Source: Eledone cirrhosa
Taxonomy: Eukaryota
Reading direction: 5' to 3'
Assembly (NCBI GenBank): GCA_964016885.1
Contig: CAXHJY010000335.1
Coordinates: 10,354 to 74,353 of the forward strand
Length of the DNA: 64,000 nucleotides
Shown: one piece after another, positions 1 to 11,965 of the stretch
Numbering within the stretch: the stretch's first letter is position 1
Layout of the letters: the number at the start of each line of letters is the position of its first letter
Made by a program: the position numbers and the translations under genes
The notes under the pieces: model-generated
Told to the model about the DNA's origin: nothing
Database searches by the model: none
The model's input: the letters and a program-made list of their open reading frames with translations, nothing else

Positions 1-268
1 GTTACGTCTAGCTGATTTTCCCGAAATTTCAAGGCATATTATGCACATAAAAAAAATTCATTTTCTTGATCCCCTAGGGCCCACATTAGGTGAAAACCTA
101 CATTTTTCCTGCTTCATCGAGGAAAATCTTAAAGATATCCAGCCATCAGAGTATTCGGTTTATTTTCTTTACATACTGTCCAGGCATGCAGTTTTTCCAC
201 GATTAGGTCTGTTGGCAGCCTGCGTTCCAAAATACCTTATCCCGTGCAACGCCGGGTACCACTGCTAG
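1..268 (+). mobile_element. Helitron-like element, 3' end
   Basis: GC hairpin CCCGTGCAACGCCGGG (241-256) followed 8 nt later by CTAG|T (265-269), the canonical Helitron 3' terminus. Confidence 0.65.
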
Positions 269-1149
269 TTATTGATAAAGTGCAGACTTTGATAATGGAG
301 GATTGTCATTTTATGGTACAAGAAATAGGGAACAAGTTTGAGATCATAAAAAATTCTGCACATGTAATTTTAAAGGAAGATTTGGGCATTTGCAGAAGGG
401 CAGTGAGATTTGTGCCCAAGCAATTTTCTCAGGAACAACAACTTTATCTTATGGTTGTGCAGAACCTGCGAGATTCTACCAACATGAATACTTGCGTGGA
501 GATGAAATGTGGTTGTATGGATATGATGACCCAGAAACCAAAGCTAAATCCTCACAGTGGAGGCATCTAATGTTACCAAGGCCCCCAAAAAGCATGTCAG
601 GTGTAGACAAAAGTCAAGATGCTGCTGATTGTTTTACTTAACTACTGAGGTGTTGTACATCATGAATATGCACAAGAAGGATAAATAATTACAAAGGAAT
701 ATTATTAGAAAATCCTCCAACATTTTTGTGATGTTCAGCACAAAAGGCTGGAGCTATAGGCCTTGCAAAATTGGCAGTTGCATAATAACAACATCCCAGC
801 TCATTTGTCACAGCTGATCCAAGGTTTCTTGGCATTTTGTTAATCTGCAAGGCTCTCTACACACCAAGCATGGTTTCTTCTGACTTCTGATTATTCCTAA
901 AAATGAAGATGCCATTGAATGTTTCTCACTGTGAGAGCCTAGAGGACATTATGTGGACTGTGATAGCTAAGCTGAGAGCCATTTCAGAAGAAACATTCCA
1001 GGAGATGATTCAAACAGTGGAAGGATCGCTGGGCTAAGTGTGTGGAGGAAGAAGGTGTCTACTTTGAAGAGGATTAGAAATTAACCCAACAAATATATAA
1101 TTGGTTTTTCCCCAGCCTAAGGCAGAATGCTTTTACAACAGACCTCATA
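269..1149 (+). mobile_element. Decayed mariner (DD34D-type) transposon
   Basis: Broken transposase motifs AVRFVPK, GDEMWLYGYDDPETK..SSQW, LHNNNIPAH, YTPSMVSSDF; right end ...CAGACCTCA|TA. Confidence 0.85.
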
Positions 1150-1358
1150 AATGTGTGTATGTGTGTGTGCATGCATGTGTGTGTATGTCTATGTCTTTGT
1201 TTATCCTCTAACTTAGCAGTTTGATAAAATAAGTACCAAACTCGAAAAAGTACTGTGTTTTGATATAATCAAATAAATCCCCCTTTCTAGGCAGTGCCCC
1301 AGTATGGCTGCCATCTGATACCTGAAACCAGTAAAAATATAAAAGAATACCAGAACAC

Positions 1359-1500
1359 CTTTTCTTTGTCCTTTGGTGCGACAATCAGAATACTTTCTCC
1401 TGAGACATCAATACCAGCTCTACCAGCTCTTCCAATCATTTGTAAATATTGACATCTGCTGATGAACTTTTTACCAACATAGGGGCAGCGTAATATAACT
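1359..1500 (-). CDS. HELQ: HELQ exon with motif VI; the gene continues beyond the left edge
   Basis: (R)[40 protein letters not shown]; GTCCAG acceptor; AAG|GTGTTC donor; phase joins the exon ending at 16230. Confidence 0.97.
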
Positions 1501-2810
1501 CTGGACAAATATGATATAAAATATGATTCATTTGAAAATACACAAACTATTTGATACATAGGATGAGAGACAGACTGTCAGTTAGATAGATGGACAGGTT
1601 GATAGGTAGACAGGCTGATAGGTAGACAGGCTGATAGATAGACAGGCTGTTAGGTAGACAGGCTGATAAGTAGACAGGCTGTTAGGTAGACAGGCTGATA
1701 GGTAGACAGGCTGTTAGATAGACAGGCTGTTAGATAGACAGGCTGATAGATAGACAGGCTGATAGGTAGACAGGCTGTTAGGTAGACAGGCTGATAGATA
1801 GACAGGCTGTTAGGTAGACAGGCTGATAGATAGACAGGCTGTTAGGTAGACAGGCTGTTAGATAGACAGGCTGATAGATAGACAGGCTGTTAGGTAGACA
1901 GGCTGATAGATAGACAGGCTGTTAGGTAGACAGGCTGTTAGGTAGACAGGCTGATAGATAGACAGGCTGTTAGGTAGACAGGCTGATAGGTAGACAGGCT
2001 GTTAGGTAGACAGGCTGATAGATAGACAGGCTGTTAGGTAGACAGGCTGATAGGTAGACAGGTTGATAGGTAGACAGGCTGTTAGGTAGACAGGCTGATA
2101 GGTAGACAGGTTGATAGGTAGACAGGCTGTTAGGTAGACAGGCTGATAGGTAGACAGGCTGATAGGTAGACAGGCTGTTAGGTAGACAGGCTGTTAGGTT
2201 GACAGGCTGATAGGTAGACAGGCTGATAGGTAGACAGGCTGATAGGTAGACAGGTTGATAGGTAGACAGGCTGTTAGGTAGACAGGCTGTTAGGTAGACA
2301 GGCTGTTAGGTAGACAGGCTGATAGGTAGACAGGTTGATAGGTAGACAGGCTGATAGGTAGACAGGTTGATAGGTAGACAGGCTGTTAGGTAGACAGGCT
2401 GTTAGGTAGACAGGCTGTTAGGTAGACAGGCTGATAGGTAGACAGGCTGTTAGGTAGACAGGCTGATAGGTAGACAGGCTGTTAGGTAGACAGGCTGATA
2501 GATAGACAGGCTGTTAGGTAGACAGGTTGTTAGGTAGACAGGCTGATAGATAGACAGGCTGTTAGGTAGACAGGTTGTTAGGTAGACAGGCTGATAGGTA
2601 GACAGGCTGTTAGGTAGACAGGCTGTTAGGTAGACAGGCTGATAGATAGACAGGCTGTTAGGTAGACAGGTTGTTAGGTAGACAGGCTGTTAGGTAGACA
2701 GGCTGTTAGGTAGACAGGCTGTTAGGTAGACAGGCTGTTAGGTAGACAGGTTGTTAGGTAGACAGGCTGATAGATAGACAGCCTGATAGATAGACAGGCT
2801 GATAGATAGA

Positions 2811-3364
2811 TTTCTTTATTAGCCACAAGGGCGCAACAAGAAAGGGGACAATACAAAGACATGCCGGGGATTTTACATACAGTCATGTAAAAAATATAAA
2901 AACAAACAATTTCAACAATCGAAATCCCCAATAGGGGGGAGGCGCCACAAATGGGTTGTTTAATACCCCGTCGATAGAACAACCCTCAACTCCAGGAGCG
3001 TGTTGTGCAAGTGCTCCTTTCTTCCTTTTGCTCTCTTCCTCAACCTACAGGCTTATAAACAGAGAAGGCCCAATCACTCGGGCCATTTTCGCTTCATTCA
3101 CCCACCTTTCAGTAAATTTACTGGGGTGCAGTGCCTCTCTCTCCACCCTGATTCTCCTTCTAAAGTGATACTTAAAGAAGGGAATCAATTGTTGTCCGGA
3201 GAGAAAGGCATCTGTCCTCAGTCCTCTCAACCTCGTCCACCATATAACTTCTTTCACCATAGCCACCGTACAGAGGAAAACCGCCTCTCTTTCGTTTTTG
3301 AAAGAGTCTGGCGGTTTGATCCTTACTATGGACTCGGCAGTCAACTGTATTTGTCCCATACGCG
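2811..3364 (-). mobile_element. Tx1-clade LINE copy E1 (short 5'-truncated copy, distinct subfamily)
   Basis: ORF2 C-terminus (3045-3359) homologous to E2-E4; its own 3' UTR ends GGCTAATAAAGAAA. Confidence 0.9.
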
Positions 3365-4051
3365 ACAGGCTGTTAGGTAGACAGGCTGATAGATAGACAG
3401 GCTGTTAGGTAGACAGGCTGATAGATAGACAGGCTGTTAGGTAGACAGGCTGTTAGGTAGACAGGCTGTTAGGTAGACAGGCTGTTAGGTAGACAGGCTG
3501 TTAGGTAGACAGGCTGTTAGGTAGACAGGCTGTTAGGTAGACAGGCTGATAGGTAGACAGGCTGTTAGATAGACAGGCTGTTAGGTAGACAGGCTGTTAG
3601 GTAGACAGGCTGTTAGGTAGACAGGCTGTTAGGTAGACAGGCTGTTAGGTAGACAGGCTGTTAGGTAGACAGGCTGTTAGATAGACAGGCTGTTAGGTAG
3701 ACAGGCTGTTAGGTAGACAGGCTGTTAGGTAGACAGGCTGTTAGGTAGACAGGCTGTTAGGTAGACAGGCTGTTAGGTAGACAGGCTGTTAGGTAGACAG
3801 GCTGATAGATAGACAGGCTGATAGGTAGACAGGCTGATAGATAGACAGGCTGTTAGGTAGACAGGCTGTTAGGTAGACAGGCTGATAGGTAAACAGGCTG
3901 TTAGGTAGACAGGCTGTTAGGTAGACAGGCTGATAGATAGACAGGCTGTTAGGTAGACAGGCTGATAGGTAGACAGGCTGTTAGGTAGACAGGCTGTTAG
4001 GTAGACAGGCTGATAGATAGACAGGCTGTTAGGTAGACAGGCTGATAGATA

Positions 4052-7023
4052 AGTTTCTTTTATTTGCCACTAGGGCATCAAAAGTGGGACAAGTACAAAG
4101 GGGGGAGTTTACACAAAAAGGCGTCCTCAATAAGGAGGAGGCAATAACAAAATATAAAAATAAAATAAGATATAACAAAATATAAAATTTTTAACAAAAT
4201 CCTCAATAGAGAGGAGGCGCCTTGGGGGGTCGCACACACCCCCGAAAAAAAGTGTGCAACCCTTTTCCTCAGGAGCACAGAGAAGGGGTGCTCCCTCGTT
4301 CCTTCCTCTTTTCCACCTACAGGCTTATGTAAAGAGAAGGCCCATTCACACGGGCCATTCTCGCCACTTTCACCCATCTTTCATAAAAACGACTGGGGTG
4401 CAGCACCTCTCTCTCCATCCTGATCCTTCTTCCGAAATGATATCGGAAGAAACGGACCAGTTGTTGGCCAGAGAGAAAGGTGCCTGACCTCAGTCCTTTC
4501 AGACGCGTCCACCATACAACCTCTTTCGCCATGGCTATTACGCACAGAAACACCGCCTCTGCTTCATCTTTGAAGGGGGGAGGCGGCTTGATCATTACAA
4601 TAGACTCGGTGGTCAACCGGATCGGTCCCACCCTTGACAGCAGTTGTTCGACATAGCCCCACAGATCGGCTACGCCCGAGCAGTGTACCAATGCGTGTGC
4701 AACGGTTTCCTCGTCGCACACGCATCTGGGACAGATCTTTTTGGCGGGGTCCCTACCCGGGCGCCCGTGTCTGTAGAGCCTTTCTCGAACGGGTAAAGCC
4801 CCTCGGTAGCACTGCCAGGCCAGGGACTTCTGGAAGTTGTCCATAGGTCCCGGGCTGAATGTCCTACCGAACAGGCTGGCCAGTTCGTCCTCCTCCATGT
4901 CTAGGGCTTCTCCGAGGGCGTCGTCGCACCTGCTGCGTACCAGCCCTCTATAGAATGTTGCGGTGGAGTCTCCACTGATAACCGGATCCGCCTGCCAGAG
5001 GGCGGTGAGCGCCTGGGCACACTCAGTGTGCCAGGCGCCCAGTTTTCTCGGTCTTTGCTTGACCCAGGATTGCAGCTCGGTGAGTGAGATGAGTCTGGGA
5101 AAGGTTCGTCTCACAAACGAGGCCCACACCGGTTGTCCGGTGAGGAATACGTAGAGGTGCCGTAGCCTTAATGCGTGTTTACGCATCATTAGCCACGGCA
5201 TCCCCAGCCCTCCTTTCGAAGGGTGTTGACAGCAGATGGATCTCCTCACCATAGGAGCCCGCCTCTTCCAAAGGAATTGGAAGAGCGTGCGCTCCATCTT
5301 GGTGAGGGTTTCCCTTGGGCAGGGCACTACGGTCAGGCGGTAGTAGATGACGGACGCTATATAAGTGTTCGCCACCTCCGCCCGACCTTTCAGGGATAGT
5401 TTGCAACTGGCCCACTTCTGGGTCAGTGCAAACACCCTGTTCGTAACCTCCGCCCAGTTTTTCTCCACCTGGAGGTCCGGTCCGAACCAGACCCCGAGCA
5501 ACTTCACCGGGCCCTCCGTCCAGCGTCCGACGACGCCATCAGAGGGCATCGGTCTGCCCCTCCACGTGCCGAGTTGCAAACCGATCGACTTGTCCCGGTT
5601 CAGCTTAGCCCCTGTGAACTTTTCGTACTCCTCCAGTAAGGTGCCGACCGCCTCGATTTCGGAGGCCGTCAACACCATTACTGTCACATCATCGGCGTAG
5701 GCTGACACCGTTTTCCGCAATCCCGGTTCCAAAGGGATGCCCTGCAACAACTCCAACTTCCGCAGTAGTGGCTCGAGAGTCAACACATACAGAAGGGAGG
5801 AGAGAGGGCACCCTTGTCGGATGGACCGCGCGATTTTGAACGGCTCCGAGAGGTAGCCATTCACCTTGACCCTAGAGCAGATGCGGCTGCTGTGCATAGC
5901 AGTGATCCAGCCCCTGAAAACGGGTCCGAAGCCTGCCGCCGCTAGCACCGCATCCAGGTAACCATGGTCGACCCTATCGAACGCCTTAGATTGATCCAAG
6001 TTGATCAGAGCCCCACCAAAGCCGGGTTCGTTCCCAACCCTCTCTATGATGTATCGCATGAGGTGGAGGTTGTCATGGATGGACCTGGACGGGATAGCGC
6101 ATGTCTGCGCATCTCCCACCAGGTTGCCCACGACAAGCGCCAACCTCTTTGCTAGCACCTTGGCCAAAATCTGTAACTCTGTATTTAGCAGAGTTATGGG
6201 CCTGAAGTTACTTATTTCGTCCCCCTTGTTCTCGTCCTTCCTCACTAGCGTGACTACGCCCTTGGTCACAGTACAGGGAATTCTCCCGTTCTGTTGCCAG
6301 TTGCAGTAGACCGCCTCGAGGAGATCGGGGAACAAGTCCGGCATAGCTAGATATAATTCGTAAGGAAGACCATCGAGACCCGGGGATTTGCGTTTGCTGC
6401 ATTGGCCCAGCACGTCCTCTATCTCAGCGGCCGAAATCGGCTCCTCGCAAGACTTCGCCTCCCTGTCCGAGAGGCGCGGCAGGCCGTCGAGGTATGGACC
6501 GAAGTCCACGTTTCCAACCGGCTCCCCGCCCCTCCCGAACAGTCGGGCAAAGTGCCTTTGAAAGGCCTCACACATCTGCTTAGGCTCAAGAATCGCCCGT
6601 CCATCCAGGTCTCGCAAAGACCGGATGGTGGATTTAGTTCCACTGTTGGCCTCTGTCACGCGGGCCCAGCTAACAGCTTTGGCCCCCTCGTTCCCTAGAG
6701 CACGTATTTTACTTCGGACAACGCAGCCTTCGTGCTTCGCGTCGAAAAACTGGCTCAAAGCCGTTCTCGACGCTAGCACTCTGGCCACGTCGCCGCTTCT
6801 AATTGCCTCTTCTACTCTATCTATTAGCTCCCTTTCCTTCCTATTCCTATCCGCAGCTAGAACCTTACTAAATTCAATCGAGACTACTCTAATCTCTCTC
6901 TTTAGAGATACCCACCACCTGCTGTTGACGATCGCTCCAGTCAACCGTTCCTTAACTAACGTACTAATCCGATTCCTGTAGGCTCTACTTGCCGGCAAGG
7001 ACAAGTTGAGCTTCCAGTAACCG
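4052..7023 (-). mobile_element. Tx1-clade LINE copy E2 (5'-truncated; RT and CCHC intact)
   Basis: Open frame 4317-7004 with QGCPLS, YADD and CPRC..H....C; nearly identical to E3. Confidence 0.95.
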
Positions 7024-7255
7024 GATAGATAGACAGGCTGTTAGGTAGACAGGCTGTTAGGTAGACAGGCTGTTAGGTAGACAGGCTGATAGGTAGACAG
7101 GCTGATAGATAGACAGGCTGATAGATAGACAGGCTGTTAGGTAGACAGGCTGATAGGTAGACAGGCTGTTAGGTAGACAGGCTGATAGGTAGACAGGCTG
7201 ATAGGTAGACAGGCTGTTAGGTAGACAGGCTGTTAGGTAGACAGGCTGATAGATA

Positions 7256-10200
7256 TATTTCTTTTATTTGCCACTAGGGCATCAAAAGTGGGACAAGTAC
7301 AAAGGGGGGAGTTTACATAACAAGGGGTCCTCAATAAGGAGGAGGCAATAACAAAATATAAAAATAAAATAAGATATAACAAAAAATAAAATTTTTAACA
7401 AAATCCTCAATAGAGAGGAGGCGCCTTGGGGGGTCGCACACACCCCCGAAAAAAGTGTGCAACCCTACTCCTCAGGAGCACAGAGAAGGGGTGCTCCCTT
7501 GGTCTTTCATCTTCCTCACCTATAGTCTGATGTAGAGTGAAGGCCCATTCACACGGGCCATTCTCGCCACTTTCACCCATCTTTCATAAAAACGGCTGGG
7601 GTGCAGCACCTCTCTCTCCATCCTGATCCTTCTTCCGAAATGATATCGGAAGAAACGGACCAGTTGTTGGCCAGAGAGAAAGGTGCCCGACCTCAGTCCT
7701 TTCAGACGCGTCCACCATACAACCTCTTTCGCCATGGCTATTACGCACAGAAACACCGCCTCTGCTTCATCTTTGAAGGGGGGAGGCGGCTTGATCATTA
7801 CAATAGACTCGGTGGTCAACCGGATCGGTCCCACCCTTGACAGCAGTTGTTCGACATAGCCCCACAGATCGGCTACGCCCGAGCAGTGTACCAATGCGTG
7901 TGCAACGGTTTCCTCGTCGCACACGCATCTGGGACAGATCTTTTTGGCGGGGTCCCTACCCGGGCGCCCGTGTCTGTAGAGCCTTTCTCGAACGGGTAAA
8001 GCCCCTCGGTAGCACTGCCAGGCCAGGGACTTCTGGAAGTTGTCCATAGGTCCCGGGCTGAATGTCCTACCGAACAGGCTGGCCAGTTCGTCCTCCTCCA
8101 TGTCTAGGGCTTCTCCGAGGGCGTCGTCGCACCTGCTGCGTACCAGCCCTCTATAGAATGTTGCGGTGGAGTCTCCACTGATAACCGGATCCGCCTGCCA
8201 GAGGGCGGTGAGCGCCTGGGCACACTCAGTGTGCCAGGCGCCCAGTTTTCTCGGTCTTTGCTTGACCCAGGATTGCAGCTCGGTGAGTGAGACGAGTCTG
8301 GGAAAGGTTCGTCTCACAAACGAGGCCCACACCGGTTGTCCGGTGAAGAATACGTAGAGGTGCCGTAGCCTTAATGCGTGTTTACGCATCATTAGCCACG
8401 GCATCCCCAGCCCTCCTTTCGAAGGGTGTTGACAGCAGATGGATCTCCTCACCATAGGAGCCCGCCTCTTCCAAAGGAATTGGAAGAGCGCGCGCTCCAT
8501 CTTGGTGAGGGTTTCCCTTGGGCAGGGCACTACGGTCAGGCGGTAGTAGATGACGGACGCTATGTAGGTGTTCGCCACCTCCGCCCGACCTTTCAGGGAT
8601 AGTTTGCAACTGGCCCACTTCTGGGTCAGTGCAAACACCCTGTTCGTAACCTCCGCCCAGTTTTTCTCCACCTGGAGGTCCGGTCCGAACCAGACCCCGA
8701 GCAACTTCACCGGGCCCTCCGTCCAGCGTCCGACGACGCCATCGGAGGGCATCGGTCTGCCCCTCCACGTGCCGAGTTGCAAACCGATCGACTTGTCCCG
8801 GTTCAGCTTAGCCCCTGTGAACTTTTCGTACTCCTCCAGTAAGGTGCCGACCGCCTCGATTTCGGAGGCCGTCGACACCATTATTGTCACGTCATCGGCG
8901 TAGGCCGACACCGCTTTCCGCAATCCCGGTTCCAAAGGGATGCCCTGCAACAACTCCAACTTCCGCAGTAGTGGCTCGAGAGTCAACACATACAGAAGGG
9001 AGGAGAGAGGGCACCCTTGTCGGATGGACCGCGCGATTTTGGACGGCTCCGAGAGGTAGCCGTTCACCTTGACCCTAGAGCAGATGCGGCTGCTGTGCAT
9101 AGCAGTGATCCAGCCCCTGAAAACGGGTCCGAAGCCTGCCGCCGCTAGCACCGCATCCAGGTAACCATGGTCGACCCTATCGAACGCCTTAGATTGATCC
9201 AAGTTGATCAGAGCCCCACCAAAGCCGGGTTCGTTCCCAACCCTCTCTATGATGTATCGCATGAGGTGGAGGTTGTCATGGATGGACCTGGACGGGATAG
9301 CGCATGTCTGCGCATCTCCCACCAGGTTGCCCACGACAAGCGCCAACCTCTTTGCTAGCACCTTGGCCAAAATCTGTAACTCTGTATTTAGCAGTGTTAT
9401 GGGCCTGAAGTTACTTATTTCGTCCCCCTTGTTCTCGTCCTTCCTCACTAGCGTGACTACGCCCTTGGTCACAGTACAGGGAATTCTCCCGTTCTGTTGC
9501 CAGTTGCAGTAGACCGCCTCGAGGAGATCGGGGAACAAGTCCGGCATAGCTAGATATAATTCGTAAGGAAGACCATCGAGACCCGGGGATTTGCGTTTGC
9601 CGCATTGGCTCAGCACGTCCTCTATCTCAGCGGCCGAAATCGGCTCCTCGCAGGACTTCGCCTCCCTGTCCGAGAGGCGCGGCAGGCCGTCGAGGTATGG
9701 ACCGAAGTCCACGTTCTTAACCGGCTCCCCGCCCCTCCCGAACAGTCGGGCAAAGTGCCTTTGAAAGGCCTCACACATCTGCTTAGGCTCAAGAATCGCC
9801 CGTCCATCCAGGTCTCGCAAAGACCGGATGGTGGATTTAGTTCCACTGTTGGCCTCTGTCACGCGGGCCCAGCTAACAGCTTTGGTCCCCTCGTTCCCTA
9901 GAGCACGTATTTTACTTCGGACAACGCAGCCTTCGTGCTTCGCGTCGAAAAACTGGCTCAAAGCCGTTCTCGACGCTAGCACTCTGGCCACGTCGCCGCT
10001 TCTAATTGCCTCTTCTACTCTATCTATTAGCTCCCTTTCCTTCCTATTCCTATCCGCAGCTAGAACCTTACTAAATTCTATCGAGACTACTCTAATCTCT
10101 CTCTTTAGAGATACCCACCACCTGCTGTTGACGATCGCTCCAGTCAACCGTTCCTTAACTAACGTACTAATCCGATTCCTGTAGGCTCTACTTGCCGGCA

Positions 10201-11152
10201 AGGACAAGTTGAGCTTCCAGTAACCGGGGCCCTGTCTATGAGTTCTGTCAAGGTTGACCATGCAGGTCACTAATTTGTGGTCTGAATAGCCAACAATGCG
10301 CATTTTTGGACAACTTAAAAAGTCCTTATCCTTAATTCTAACTAAGAACCTATCTAGGTACGACCTAGATGATCCGCTACGATTTGCCCAAGTCCAGGTT
10401 GGCGCAGTCGGAAAATCTAGTCGATATCTATCGGCCAGGTCAAATCGACCGATTAACCCTTTGAGGCTATTACACCCCTCTCTATCGGGGCAGGCCCCTA
10501 CGTAGTCCCAGCGTGCATCTAGGATACCATTCCAGTCCCCCACTAATAGCAAGGAGCGGGACGTCCCTAGAAAAGTCTCCAGACGATGGAAGAAGTCCGG
10601 CCGCATTGACCCGAAAGGGCCGTAGGCGGCTACCAACCTAAACGCTCCGCCTTTACCACTGCCAAGGTCCAGAACCACTAGTCGACCCTCCGGGTCCAAA
10701 TGTACCATCTGTGTTGCGAGACCCAGATGTTTTTGCAGCAGAACGACAACTCCACCCCCACCTCCGGGCTGACAGAGAGATGCGTGCATCTCAAAGTCAT
10801 CAAAGGTGGGGGCCAGCTGTCGCACGTTGCTGATCTGGGCCTCGCAAATAACCATCACATCTATACGTTGTGACCTGAGGTCATTTAGAAGCATTGCTTG
10901 CTTCCAAGTTGAGCCCAGGCCACGCGCATTTAAACAGCCTACTCTTAGCATAGCCATGTTGGTGGTGAAGAGAAAAGGCACTTACCTCTCTGCGTCCCGG
11001 GTATCGGGCTGCACAATTTCCATTAGGGTGGGGGATGGGTTGTTGGGTGGGGTGGTGGTTTGTGGAAGTGTGGGGGCATCAGTGTGTTGTGTGGTTGGGG
11101 AGCTTGGAGTTGTGTGGGTGTTTGGGGAGGGGGTGGGATAGTTTTTTAGGAG
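7256..11152 (-). mobile_element. Tx1-clade LINE copy E3 (complete ORF2 plus ORF1 tail)
   Basis: 3' UTR with AATAAA; intact ORF2; about 170 bp of Thr/Pro-rich ORF1 tail; apparent TSD AGGCTGATAGATA. Confidence 0.96.
7520..10957 (-). CDS. Tx1 ORF2: APE endonuclease, reverse transcriptase and CCHC finger, uninterrupted
   Basis: LRVGCLNARGL, GDWN, YLDR, SDH, GPGYWKLN, KSPGLDGLP, KAFDRV, QGCPLS, YADD. First true ATG at 10957 (the track starts at GTG 10981). Confidence 0.95.
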   Translation of the reverse strand: MAMLRVGCLNARGLGSTWKQAMLLNDLRSQRIDVMVICEAQISNVRQLAPTFDDFEMHASLCQPGGGGGVVVLLQKHLGLATQMVHLDPEGRLVVLDLGSGKGGAFRLVAAYGPFGSMRPDFFHRLETFLGTSRSLLLVGDWNGILDARWDYVGACPDREGCNSLKGLIGRFDLADRYRLDFPTAPTWTWANRSGSSRSYLDRFLVRIKDKDFLSCPKMRIVGYSDHKLVTCMVNLDRTHRQGPGYWKLNLSLPASRAYRNRISTLVKERLTGAIVNSRWWVSLKREIRVVSIEFSKVLAADRNRKERELIDRVEEAIRSGDVARVLASRTALSQFFDAKHEGCVVRSKIRALGNEGTKAVSWARVTEANSGTKSTIRSLRDLDGRAILEPKQMCEAFQRHFARLFGRGGEPVKNVDFGPYLDGLPRLSDREAKSCEEPISAAEIEDVLSQCGKRKSPGLDGLPYELYLAMPDLFPDLLEAVYCNWQQNGRIPCTVTKGVVTLVRKDENKGDEISNFRPITLLNTELQILAKVLAKRLALVVGNLVGDAQTCAIPSRSIHDNLHLMRYIIERVGNEPGFGGALINLDQSKAFDRVDHGYLDAVLAAAGFGPVFRGWITAMHSSRICSRVKVNGYLSEPSKIARSIRQGCPLSSLLYVLTLEPLLRKLELLQGIPLEPGLRKAVSAYADDVTIMVSTASEIEAVGTLLEEYEKFTGAKLNRDKSIGLQLGTWRGRPMPSDGVVGRWTEGPVKLLGVWFGPDLQVEKNWAEVTNRVFALTQKWASCKLSLKGRAEVANTYIASVIYYRLTVVPCPRETLTKMERALFQFLWKRRAPMVRRSICCQHPSKGGLGMPWLMMRKHALRLRHLYVFFTGQPVWASFVRRTFPRLVSLTELQSWVKQRPRKLGAWHTECAQALTALWQADPVISGDSTATFYRGLVRSRCDDALGEALDMEEDELASLFGRTFSPGPMDNFQKSLAWQCYRGALPVRERLYRHGRPGRDPAKKICPRCVCDEETVAHALVHCSGVADLWGYVEQLLSRVGPIRLTTESIVMIKPPPPFKDEAEAVFLCVIAMAKEVVWWTRLKGLRSGTFLSGQQLVRFFRYHFGRRIRMEREVLHPSRFYERWVKVARMARVNGPSLYIRL

Positions 11153-11965
11153 AGGCTGATAGATAGACAGGCTGATAGATAGACAGGCTGTTAGGTAGAC
11201 AGGCTGTTAGGTAGACAGGCTGATAGGTAGACAGGCTGATAGGTAGACAGGCTGATAGGTAGACAGGCTGATAGGTAGACAGGCTGATAGATAGACAGGC
11301 TGTTAGGTAGACAGGTTGTTAGGTAGACAGGCTGATAGGTAGACAGGCTGTTAGGTAGACAGGCTGTTAGGTAGACAGGCTGTTAGGTAGACAGGCTGAT
11401 AGATAGACAGGCTGTTAGGTAGACAGGTTGTTAGGTAGACAGGCTGATAGGTAGACAGGCTGTTAGATAGACAGGCTGATAGGTAGACAGGCTGTTAGGT
11501 AGACAGGCTGTTAGGTAGACAGGCTGTTAGGTAGACAGGTTGTTAGGTAGACAGGCTGATAGATAGACAGGCTGTTAGGTAGACAGGCTGTTAGGTAGAC
11601 AGGCTGTTAGGTAGACAGGCTGTTAGGTAGACAGGCTGTTAGGTAGACAGGCTGTTAGGTAGACAGGCTGATAGGTAGACAGGCTGATAGATAGACAGCC
11701 TGTTAGGTAGACAGGCTGATAGATAGACAGGCTGTTAGGTAGACAGGCTGTTAGGTAGACAGGCTGTTAGGTAGACAGGCTGTTAGGTAGACAGGCTGAT
11801 AGGTAGACAGGCTGTTAGGTCGACAGGCTGTTAGGTAGACAGGCTGTTAGGTAGACAGGCTGTTAGGTAGACAGGCTGTTAGGTAGACAGGCTGTTAGGT
11901 AGACAGGCTGTTAGGTAGACAGGCTGTTAGGTAGACAGGCTGATAGGTAGACAGGCTGATAGATA

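Larger units (their letters stand above)
1590..11965. repeat. 16-bp minisatellite G[A/T]TAG[G/A]TAGACAGG[C/T]T in four blocks (about 1590-2810, 3365-4051, 7024-7255, 11153-11965)
   Basis: Tandem units visible directly, interrupted by Tx1 insertions. Confidence 0.98.

Noticed and set aside
1590-11965. CRISPR-like reading of repeats alternating with inserts
   Set aside because: The repeats are contiguous tandem units, the inserts are kb-scale LINEs, there are no cas genes, and the context is a eukaryotic intron.
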